Assembly: GCA_044376115.1 (NCBI GenBank)
Contig: JBILLK010000017.1
Location: forward strand, 128,001 to 192,000
Source: Polyangiaceae bacterium
GTDB lineage: Bacteria > Myxococcota_A > Polyangia > Polyangiales > Polyangiaceae
DNA length: 64,000 nucleotides
Reading direction: 5' to 3'
Made by a program: the position numbers and the translations under genes. The notes under the pieces were generated by a model, which worked only from the letters and a program-made list of their open reading frames with translations, did not search any database and had not been told where the DNA came from. Positions 9,458 through 17,687 of the stretch are shown here, piece by piece (position 1 is the first letter of the stretch; every line of letters begins with the position of its first letter).

Positions 9458-11115
9458 TCCCGGCGGCGCGACCCTCCTCTTCGGCTTCAGCTACTGGCCC
9501 GACGGGTCCCCCTTGGGGCCCGCCGACACCAACCGGTAGTCGGTTGGATGCAGCAAGCAGTGGAGAGGTCGTTGGCCGCTATGAGCTGCTACTGGAACTC
9601 GCCTCAGGGGGAATGGGTTCGGTTTACCTCGGTCGGCAGCGCGGAGCTGCGGGCTTCGAACGGCTCGTAGCGATCAAGCGAATGCACAGGCACTTGGTGC
9701 AGGATCCCGAGCTAACCGCCGCTTTCCATGAAGAAGCGCGCATCGCTTCGCTGATTCGCCATCCCAACGTGGTGACCGTGGTGGACGTTTACGAGCAGAG
9801 CGGTGAACACCTGCTGGTGATGGACTACGTGGATGGAGTCTCGATCGCGAGTCTGCACCAAACCGCGCGTCGGCTCGGACTCAAGCTGCCTCGGCCGGCG
9901 GCCCTGCGAATTGCGGTGGAAGCGCTACGCGGCTTGCACGCAGCACACGCACTGACGGGGCTCGATGGGCGGCCGATGATGGTTGTGCATCGGGATGTCA
10001 GCCCGCAAAACATCCTCGTCGGCGTCGATGGCTCGGTCAAGCTGACGGACTTCGGCATTGCGCGCGCCCTCGAGCGCAACGTACGCACTGGCACCGGCGA
10101 GATCAAAGGCAAGTTGCGCTACATGTCGCCGGAGCAGGCGATGGGCAAACCGATCGATGGTCGCAGCGATATCTTCTCGCTTGGGATCGTACTGTGGGAG
10201 ATGTTGGTCGGCGAGAAGCTATACGAAGCGCCATCCGACCTCGAGATGTTGAGGCTCGCAGCCGATGCACAGATTGCAGCTCCAAGTCAGAGAGACCCAA
10301 GCATACCTCGTGAACTCGATCAGCTCGTGATGCGAGCGCTGCAAGCGAACCCACAAGCGCGTCCTAGTTCCGCTGGCGAGTATGCAGACTGGATTGAACG
10401 CTGGCTTTGGACCAGCGGGACGACGTGCAGCGCGGCTGACGTCGCTGGAGTGGTTCAGCATCTGCTCGGTGATCGCGTGGCGAGCCGAAGAGCCGTTGCG
10501 CTCGAGATCGTGCAAGGTAAACGCGCACCCGAGATCCGTGGCGTCGTACCTGGGCATGGGGTCACACCAGCCACTTCGTCGCTTGGAGCGCAATCAGCAC
10601 CTGCGCGACGCGGAACGTCGAAGCTCATCGTTGGCGCGATGGGCGCGCTGGTGCTCGGGGTAGGTGGCGGCGTGGCGATCTTCCTGCAGACCGCGCCGTC
10701 CCCTAGCCGTGTTGGAGAGCCATCGGCGCTGGTGCTGCCGGAGCAACCCTCAGCGCGCCCCGACGCCACGTCGCTGGTCCAGGTCCAGGTCGCGACGACG
10801 TTGGCGTTGCTCGAGATCCGGGGCGATGGCGTTTCGGACGTCAAGTTCACTGGGGAAGGAGCGTCGTTTTCGCTGCCGAAGGGTTCCCAGCCGATCCGTG
10901 TGCAGTTCGAGTTTACGGGTGGTCTGGTGGTCGAGAAGACCGTCACACCGCTGGCCAACATGGCGTTGCGCCTAGCGACCGATGCAGCTCCAAGCGCCAC
11001 TGCATCCAGCTCCCCATCGAGCGCTCCGTCCGCCAAACGGCCCCCGCCGAAAGGGGGCCCTCCGGCTGGAGGGTTGCGGCCACTGCCAAGCGCTTTGCGG
11101 CCTGAGCCACCCTAG
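9454..11115 (+). CDS. Hanks-type Ser/Thr protein kinase, membrane anchored
   Basis: GGMGSV, VAIK, HRDVSPQN, DFG, YMSPE; TM segment and Pro-rich tail; ATGA overlap with upstream gene at 9454. Confidence 0.92.
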   Translation: MIPAARPSSSASATGPTGPPWGPPTPTGSRLDAASSGEVVGRYELLLELASGGMGSVYLGRQRGAAGFERLVAIKRMHRHLVQDPELTAAFHEEARIASLIRHPNVVTVVDVYEQSGEHLLVMDYVDGVSIASLHQTARRLGLKLPRPAALRIAVEALRGLHAAHALTGLDGRPMMVVHRDVSPQNILVGVDGSVKLTDFGIARALERNVRTGTGEIKGKLRYMSPEQAMGKPIDGRSDIFSLGIVLWEMLVGEKLYEAPSDLEMLRLAADAQIAAPSQRDPSIPRELDQLVMRALQANPQARPSSAGEYADWIERWLWTSGTTCSAADVAGVVQHLLGDRVASRRAVALEIVQGKRAPEIRGVVPGHGVTPATSSLGAQSAPARRGTSKLIVGAMGALVLGVGGGVAIFLQTAPSPSRVGEPSALVLPEQPSARPDATSLVQVQVATTLALLEIRGDGVSDVKFTGEGASFSLPKGSQPIRVQFEFTGGLVVEKTVTPLANMALRLATDAAPSATASSSPSSAPSAKRPPPKGGPPAGGLRPLPSALRPEPP

Positions 11116-11153
11116 TTCCCAACGCCAGCCTACGAGCTTATGATCCGCCTGCG

Positions 11154-12497
11154 ATGATGTTGTCCGTTCTCCAGGAGGTAACCGAGAAGCTGCTCGACGA
11201 GGTTGGCGGGCCATCGTTGGTTGCCATGTGGGACGGTGGGAACATCGTGCGCAATTTGCCGCCCGAAGGAGCGTTCACGATCGGACGAGCACCGGATTGC
11301 GACATCGTCATCGATCACAAGTCGATCTCGCGAAAGCATGCGGTTCTCTTTCTCGGTCGCTCACTCGAGGTGGAAGACCAGGGGAGTTCCAACAAGACCA
11401 AGATTGGCGGTGTCGCCATCGCGCCAGGTAAGCGCATCCAAGTACCTTGGCGGGAACCGATCGAGGTTGGAGGGGCCATCGTTGTCGTGCGACCTCCCAA
11501 AGGCCTCGACGAAGGGACCAATGCAAACGTTGGTGTGAGCATGAAGCTCGACGCCGACCGGCTCGTTGAATTGGTGGCCAAAACAGAGATGTCGGTCTTG
11601 TTGCTCGGCGAGACAGGCTCCGGAAAGGGGTATGCCGCCGAGCAAATTCATCGCAAGTCGAAGCGGGCGGCGGGACCGTGGTTGCACCTCAATTGCGCTG
11701 CGCTGCCTGCTCACCTTTTGGAGGCGGAGCTATTTGGTTATGAGCGCGGCGCCTTCACAGGTGCGAATCAGGCCAAGGAAGGGCTCCTTGAGGCTGCGGC
11801 CGGAGGCACTGTCTTCCTCGATGAGGTTGGCGAGCTTCCCCTCCCTGTCCAAGCCAAGTTGCTCATCGCGCTCGAGCACCGCGCAGTGATGCGACTGGGC
11901 GCGCTCAAGGCGCGGCCGATCGATGTTCGCTTTATCGCTGCAACCAATGCCGCCATTGATGAGGCGCGTGGGAGTGAGACCTTTCGACGAGACCTCTACT
12001 ATCGGCTCGCCGGTATGCCGATCACGGTGCCGCCGCTTCGAGCGCGCAAGGCAGAGATCCCGGCGCTGGTCGCAAAGTTTCTGTCGGAGGGCAGCCAGCG
12101 CCTCAATCGCGCTGAACCCGTCCTAACAAAGGACGCGCTGGCTCGACTCACCAACTACGCTTGGCCTGGGAACATTCGCGAGTTGGGGATGGTGATCGAG
12201 CGGGCCTTACTTTGGGCCGGAGACACGCTGGAAGCGCATCATCTCAATATTGGTCTCGGCTCGGAGCCAACACCAGAGCCCCCGGCCCCCAGGGCCGACG
12301 CGCCGACAACCTCACCGTCTGCTCTTGAGCGCCCGCTGCAAGACGACCTTCGAGAGGTAGAGAAAAAGCGCATCCTGGCTGCGCTCGATCAGTGTTCGGG
12401 GAACCAATCGAGGGCCGCCAGTATGCTGGGAATTGCGCGCGGGACCTTGATCAGCCGCATGAACGAGTTCGGCCTACCGCGACCACGCAAAGGTTGA
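11154..12497 (+). CDS. FHA-domain sigma54 enhancer-binding protein
   Basis: FHA (IGR..SRKHA..SSN), GETGSGK, GAFTGA, FLDEVGE, WPGNIREL, Fis-type HTH. Confidence 0.92.
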   Translation: MMLSVLQEVTEKLLDEVGGPSLVAMWDGGNIVRNLPPEGAFTIGRAPDCDIVIDHKSISRKHAVLFLGRSLEVEDQGSSNKTKIGGVAIAPGKRIQVPWREPIEVGGAIVVVRPPKGLDEGTNANVGVSMKLDADRLVELVAKTEMSVLLLGETGSGKGYAAEQIHRKSKRAAGPWLHLNCAALPAHLLEAELFGYERGAFTGANQAKEGLLEAAAGGTVFLDEVGELPLPVQAKLLIALEHRAVMRLGALKARPIDVRFIAATNAAIDEARGSETFRRDLYYRLAGMPITVPPLRARKAEIPALVAKFLSEGSQRLNRAEPVLTKDALARLTNYAWPGNIRELGMVIERALLWAGDTLEAHHLNIGLGSEPTPEPPAPRADAPTTSPSALERPLQDDLREVEKKRILAALDQCSGNQSRAASMLGIARGTLISRMNEFGLPRPRKG

Positions 12498-12507
12498 ACG
12501 CGCCGCG

Positions 12508-13533
12508 CTACTCGAGCAGAACGGCACCGAGGAAGGTGGCAATGCCGAGAGCGGAAACGGCTCGACGGAACTTCTTGGTGTCGGAGCGTCGGCTCACCGC
12601 CGACATGACGAAGCCGTCTACCGAATCGGAGATCAGATTGACGTCAGCGCTCTCGAGCACGGGCGAGGTATCCACGACGATGTAGTCGTAGCCAGCGTAG
12701 CGCAGCCGATCGATCGCGATCGAGAAAGCGATCGGGTCGAGCAGAGGCACCTGCTTATTGACGGGGTTGATCGCCATCGCGTGAAGGGAGGGCATCACCT
12801 CGGCGGCGGTCCACGGCTCGAGCGGCTCGCGACGGTGAATGCGGAGTTGCTCCAAGAAGCAAACCGGCGGCATGAAGCCTAGCGTCGCAGCCACCGCAGG
12901 AGCGCGCGGGTTGGCCTCGATCAAGAGCACCCGACCGCGAGCACCTTCACGCAACGAAGCCGCAAGATTGATGGCGAGCGTCGTCTTGCCCTCACGACGC
13001 CCGGGGCTGGTAACCCCAATCACCTTGGGGTCGCCACGCTTCGAGATTTGATGGCGCAAAGCCCGATACGCGTCAGCACGACGCGAATACGGGTCCTTGA
13101 ACATCGCCAAGTGCGGGCTCAAATCCTCGCTGACCTGAACGGGAATGACGTCGAGCGGGGTCTGCGGCAGCGCCTCATTCCCGTGCGTGATCAACGTCTC
13201 CTCGGGGTGGGCGTTGGCCAACCCCGCTGGCAACTTGATACCCGTTGAGTAGTTGACCGCCGCCATCACCCCAGAAGGACGAGGCGTCATGCCCATCGAC
13301 GGTGGGGGCAGCATGTCGTTGACTGCCGCGGCGAGCTGAAGAATGCGACCTGACATTTCTTCACGCACGTGGTGAGGCGGGGGCACGCTGCGCCAGTTCT
13401 CAATCATGCTGCGCAGGCGCCTAGCCTCAATCAACAGCGACCGTGCAGCAGGGTTGTCTGCTTGTGGGGACAGCCGATCGATCAGGGCATCGAGTTGTCG
13501 GTCCGGAAAACCGACGTCGAAAGACATGCTCAT
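12508..13533 (-). CDS. CpsD/CapB-like BY-kinase (possibly pseudokinase)
   Basis: AYRALR, Walker A SPGRREGKTT, Walker B IVVDTSP; Walker A' reads LIEAN. Confidence 0.8.
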   Translation of the reverse strand: MSMSFDVGFPDRQLDALIDRLSPQADNPAARSLLIEARRLRSMIENWRSVPPPHHVREEMSGRILQLAAAVNDMLPPPSMGMTPRPSGVMAAVNYSTGIKLPAGLANAHPEETLITHGNEALPQTPLDVIPVQVSEDLSPHLAMFKDPYSRRADAYRALRHQISKRGDPKVIGVTSPGRREGKTTLAINLAASLREGARGRVLLIEANPRAPAVAATLGFMPPVCFLEQLRIHRREPLEPWTAAEVMPSLHAMAINPVNKQVPLLDPIAFSIAIDRLRYAGYDYIVVDTSPVLESADVNLISDSVDGFVMSAVSRRSDTKKFRRAVSALGIATFLGAVLLE

Positions 13534-15107
13534 TTACGCCACCACCGACCGCCAGTGCCGCGAGGAACCACAGCCAGGACTGGGGCTACACGGGCGAGAT
13601 CCGTCTCCTCGTAAACGAGGTCATCGAGCAAGGCTCGCAATAGCGCGATGACCATGCCGAGGAACAACGAGACGATGCCGCCGAGCGCCACGATCAGCGA
13701 CTTCCCCGGCGCTTCTGGCCGGGTTGGCTTATAGGCCGGATCGAGCACAACGACCTGATCGGAGTAGCCGCCAAGCGAAGAGGACGACTCAATTTGCGCC
13801 CTGAAGTAATTACGCTCGAGTTCATCCTTTTGGTCGCGCCCCTCAGAAACGTCGCGCGATAGCCGCGCCCACTCGGTCTCGAGGCTTACGATGCCAGTTG
13901 CTTCTTCGATACCCGAGGTAGGTTTGGCCTTCGCGTCGGCCTCTTTTTCGCGCACCGCGAGCTTGCTCTCGATCTCGCGCTTCTTCTCTCGAAGCTTGAC
14001 CTTCGCAGCTTCGGGATCTGAGGAAGGCAGCGCGCCCATCTTTGCCATACGAGAAGATGAAACCTTGTCTTCAGCTGTTTTGAGCGCATTCTCTGCGGCA
14101 GTCACACGGGTCTTTGCGGCGATGACGTCGGGGTGCTGCTCCGTGTAAGACCCGCGCTTGGAGCTAAGGTCAGCTCGAGCTGACGCCAGCGCCGACTCAG
14201 CAGCGAGCTTGGCCGACTCGAGCTCAGGATCGGCGCGAACTTCGGGTGCTCCAGCCGCAGGAGCGTCTGAGTTGAGAGCCGCTTCTAAACGCGCAGCTTG
14301 GCGCCTCAGCGCGTCGGCCGCCGCATCTCGTCCACCCGGTGCAGCAGCAGCGAGCTGGGCCTTGTGTTGGGCGCGCAACGCCGCACCAGGGCTGGTGGCG
14401 TTCTGATCGAGGGCGAACTCGGGATGCTCGGAGAGAAAGGTCGCTAGAACCAGCTCCTTTTCCTTCAGGCTCGCTTCGGCACGCTGTTTCTCCGCCTCCA
14501 AGAACTCACGTTGCACACGCGACTGCTCGACGCGCAGCCGCTGATTTTCATCGATCAGCGACTGAGCAAGCCTTCTCGTGACACGCTCGACGACTTCGGG
14601 ATCCTGGCCCTTGTACGAGATCGAAAAGGTGTCGGTGGAGCGCGGCTTGAAGGTGATGTCCTTGCGGAACTCTTCCACCGCCTCGGTGACGCCGCGCTTC
14701 TCTTTGACCTGCTGGTAGACGCCAAGTTCGTCGCTGATCACCTCGAGACGAGAGCGAGCCAAGAGCATCTCTTGCATACGCGCGCTCAGCGTGAGCCCAG
14801 GGCCGCCCGCCTGGTCACCGATCTTTACGCCTTGCCGATAGATGACGATCGTCTCGGACCTGTAGCTCGGCTTCCGAACTGCAGCGACGCCTGCGCCGAT
14901 CCCGACGCCAACCGTGACGATCACCGTCACGAGCTTCCACTGAGCAAAGGCCCGGCGAATGATTCCCAGCAGCCGCGCAAGCTCGACGCCTGCGCCTTCG
15001 CGCGGTTCCGATTCGGTCGTTGTCGGGACAGGGTTGACAGGTTCCATAGAATTCTTCAGCTGGGGCGGGGTTGGTTCAACTGTGGCGCGAATCGAGCTTG
15101 AGTTCAC
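13530..15107 (-). CDS. Polysaccharide co-polymerase / chain-length determinant (GumC/Wzc-N-like)
   Basis: Two TM segments, long coiled coil, YTEQHPDV motif, VLDPAYKPTRP before second TM; true start may be further downstream (MEPVNP). Confidence 0.82.
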   Translation of the reverse strand: MNSSSIRATVEPTPPQLKNSMEPVNPVPTTTESEPREGAGVELARLLGIIRRAFAQWKLVTVIVTVGVGIGAGVAAVRKPSYRSETIVIYRQGVKIGDQAGGPGLTLSARMQEMLLARSRLEVISDELGVYQQVKEKRGVTEAVEEFRKDITFKPRSTDTFSISYKGQDPEVVERVTRRLAQSLIDENQRLRVEQSRVQREFLEAEKQRAEASLKEKELVLATFLSEHPEFALDQNATSPGAALRAQHKAQLAAAAPGGRDAAADALRRQAARLEAALNSDAPAAGAPEVRADPELESAKLAAESALASARADLSSKRGSYTEQHPDVIAAKTRVTAAENALKTAEDKVSSSRMAKMGALPSSDPEAAKVKLREKKREIESKLAVREKEADAKAKPTSGIEEATGIVSLETEWARLSRDVSEGRDQKDELERNYFRAQIESSSSLGGYSDQVVVLDPAYKPTRPEAPGKSLIVALGGIVSLFLGMVIALLRALLDDLVYEETDLARVAPVLAVVPRGTGGRWWRK

Positions 15108-16080
15108 CGAGGGGCCGCAGACCTAAGCGAGCGACGTCCTCAGCCTCGTACACACGCGGATCAAAAACAGCCACGACCAGTGCGACGATGAAGAGCATCC
15201 CAAAGAAAGTGGCGACCGAGGCGCGCGCCAACGCGATCACCTCGTTCACTAGAACCTTTGGGGCCCCCCAGTCGGCTTGCTCGTACCGCAGCTCGAGGCT
15301 TGCGCGGTCAGCCGACGAGGCACGAGCTAGCATGTTGCGGCGGTCAGTGGCTGCGCGCAGCTGCGAGATCGCCTGAGCGAGCGCTCGTTCGCCTCCGACC
15401 AAACGAACCAGGGCGTCACCGCGATCGCCGGTGTCATTGTCGACGTCACTGCGCGCCTGCTCGAGCTCGCGGCTGACTCGGTTGAGGTGAGCTTCGAGAT
15501 AGCTGACAGCCTCGGCTGCCGTACGTTCGGCGCCTACCATCCGCGCGCGCCGATTCTCTGCGTCACGCAGGATCACCAAGTTGCCAAGCTCGCGCGCTAT
15601 TTCCAGTGCTTTGTCGGGATCCTGGTAACGGAACTCGATGGCAATACGAGCAGAACGCGGCGGACTCTCGGTGTAGCGAGGCTCATTGAACTCGTTCTTG
15701 AAGACGTCGATATCGATTCGATCGCGGAATGACTCGATCCGAAGCCGGGGGTTCTTCTCCACCTGGTCCATTCGGTACTGGTGCTGGTTCATCAACGCCA
15801 CGAGCGTGCTCTCGGTGAACACGGCGTACGCGATGTAGTCGTGGAGCGCCTGGTTGGAGCGAACACGATTGTCGAGGGTCTCGTTGCTCTCGATGGCCAC
15901 CAAAACGACAGTCGCCGGGTACTCGCGCTGACGTCGAAGACCGCGGACCACGGTCAGCAGGGTGATACACAGGCTGATGAAGACAATCAGTAGCCGCCGG
16001 CGCCGCGCGCGCCGAACCAGCCGGCCAAGCTCGCGCGCTTGCTCTCGGCCGTCGAGCTCGTTGTCCTCCCAACGCCTCAA
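15076..16080 (-). CDS. Second, shorter Wzz/GumC-like co-polymerase
   Basis: N-terminal TM, IEFRYQDPDKALEIA, coiled coil, C-terminal TM then DPRVYEAEDV. Confidence 0.6.
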   Translation of the reverse strand: MRRWEDNELDGREQARELGRLVRRARRRRLLIVFISLCITLLTVVRGLRRQREYPATVVLVAIESNETLDNRVRSNQALHDYIAYAVFTESTLVALMNQHQYRMDQVEKNPRLRIESFRDRIDIDVFKNEFNEPRYTESPPRSARIAIEFRYQDPDKALEIARELGNLVILRDAENRRARMVGAERTAAEAVSYLEAHLNRVSRELEQARSDVDNDTGDRGDALVRLVGGERALAQAISQLRAATDRRNMLARASSADRASLELRYEQADWGAPKVLVNEVIALARASVATFFGMLFIVALVVAVFDPRVYEAEDVARLGLRPLGELKLDSRHS

Positions 16081-17246
16081 GAGCGTGTCGCTCCGAGCAA
16101 GACGTCAGCCAAGCATCGTGCGCTGTCCGACCAAGTTCCTCGACCCGTTAGGCGGGCAACTTCAGTCGGATCAAAGGTTGCGGCCAAGCAGCGTTCAAAC
16201 GCCGCCGTTAGCGCTGGGACGTCTCTGACTGGCACGAGCGCGCCCATTCGCTCATTGTGGATCATGTCGGGGATGCCACCAACGCTCGTTGCTACGACGG
16301 GGCAACCACAGGCGAGCGCCTCGATCACACAGTTGGGCGTGCCCTCCGCATGGCTTGGCAGGGTGGTTAGGTCTGCAGCTGAATAATAGGGAGCTACCGC
16401 GTCGGGCTCCTTCATCCCGGTTAGGACCACGCGTCCGCCCATCCCCTCGGCCCAGGAGCGTACGGCCTCGCCGTCCTCCCCATCCCCCACCAGGACGAGG
16501 TCAACATTCGCCACGCGGGCGGACAAGGCTTCGAAGCTTTGCATCAGTTCGTAGATGCCTTTGCGGCGCTCGAGCCTTCCGACGTACACGATGTGTTTTC
16601 GGTCTGTGGGAAGGCCGAGCTCGAGCTTGGTCTTGTGTCGGTCGCGAAGGTGAAACAGCTCCGAGTCCACCCCGTCTTCAACGACCGCGATCTTGCTCCA
16701 AGGCACACCGAACTCGTGCGCCGCAGAGGCCAGTGGGTAGCTGACTGCCGCAATTCGTTGCACCTTCGGGAAGCCCCACTTCACCCAAGGGCCAACCTGG
16801 GCCATGCGCGCCGCGACGTTCATATCGCCGCCATGGAGTTTCACCACCACCGGCAAATTGAGCGCACGGCCGAGCAAGACCGACGCAATGCCATCAGGGT
16901 AGGCGAAGGGCGAAAGGATGACGTCATAGCGTGAACGCAGTTTGGCGACGTCGGCAAAGGCGCCCGCCGCATAGAGCGGCGCCGCAACGACTGGCAGCTT
17001 CGGGATGTGCAAATAGCGAGGGTGAAGGACCTGCAGCCCGGCGATCTCCTCGCTGCGAGGGTTGGTCGTCGACTTTTGATGCCCCTTTTTGCCGAACAAG
17101 CCTACGCCGGGGAAGGTCGGAACCGGGTTGATGACGGTTACCTCATGCCCCTGCTGGGCAAGCGCCGCCAATTGCTTCTTGTTGTACGGGCCGGCCACCG
17201 GATCGGCACGACTCGGAAAGATCCGAGTTACGCAAAGAACGCGCAT
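16077..17246 (-). CDS. Glycosyltransferase family 4
   Basis: YVGRLERRKG, LPSHAEGTPNCVIEALACG, VGGIPD. Confidence 0.9.
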   Translation of the reverse strand: MRVLCVTRIFPSRADPVAGPYNKKQLAALAQQGHEVTVINPVPTFPGVGLFGKKGHQKSTTNPRSEEIAGLQVLHPRYLHIPKLPVVAAPLYAAGAFADVAKLRSRYDVILSPFAYPDGIASVLLGRALNLPVVVKLHGGDMNVAARMAQVGPWVKWGFPKVQRIAAVSYPLASAAHEFGVPWSKIAVVEDGVDSELFHLRDRHKTKLELGLPTDRKHIVYVGRLERRKGIYELMQSFEALSARVANVDLVLVGDGEDGEAVRSWAEGMGGRVVLTGMKEPDAVAPYYSAADLTTLPSHAEGTPNCVIEALACGCPVVATSVGGIPDMIHNERMGALVPVRDVPALTAAFERCLAATFDPTEVARLTGRGTWSDSARCLADVLLGATRS

Positions 17247-17261
17247 CTTCGTACCACCTGG

Positions 17262-17573
17262 TCAGGAGCCAGGACGGCCTGGAAACACGCGATCGAGTTG
17301 GAGCAATTTGAAGATTGCAAGGGGTTGGTCCTTGAGACCAGTGATCCGCACTTCACCACCGTGCGCCCGAACTCGCTTGAGTAACGACACCAGCGCTCCG
17401 ACGCCTGAGCTGTCGATCAAACGCAGGTTCGAGACGTCCACCGTGATGCTCTTTCTTTCCTCGGCCACGACAGCGTCGAGCGTGGGGCGCAGCTCCGGTG
17501 CAGAGAGCGCATCCAAAGTTCCGTCGATGCTAAGGATAGTTTGATCGCCGTTATCGGTTCGAGCGTGACCCAT
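17262..17573 (-). CDS. STAS-domain anti-sigma factor antagonist
   Basis: GTLDA, IDSSGVGAL phosphorylation motif. Confidence 0.88.
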   Translation of the reverse strand: MGHARTDNGDQTILSIDGTLDALSAPELRPTLDAVVAEERKSITVDVSNLRLIDSSGVGALVSLLKRVRAHGGEVRITGLKDQPLAIFKLLQLDRVFPGRPGS

Positions 17574-17687
17574 AATTTCTCCCTAGAGCGCTCGCAATTT
17601 ACACGAACCACCCGCGAACTGAGAAAGTTCGCCTAGCTTAGGTACACGAAAACGGGGCTGCTCGCGAATCCCGTCGCACAAAAGCGC

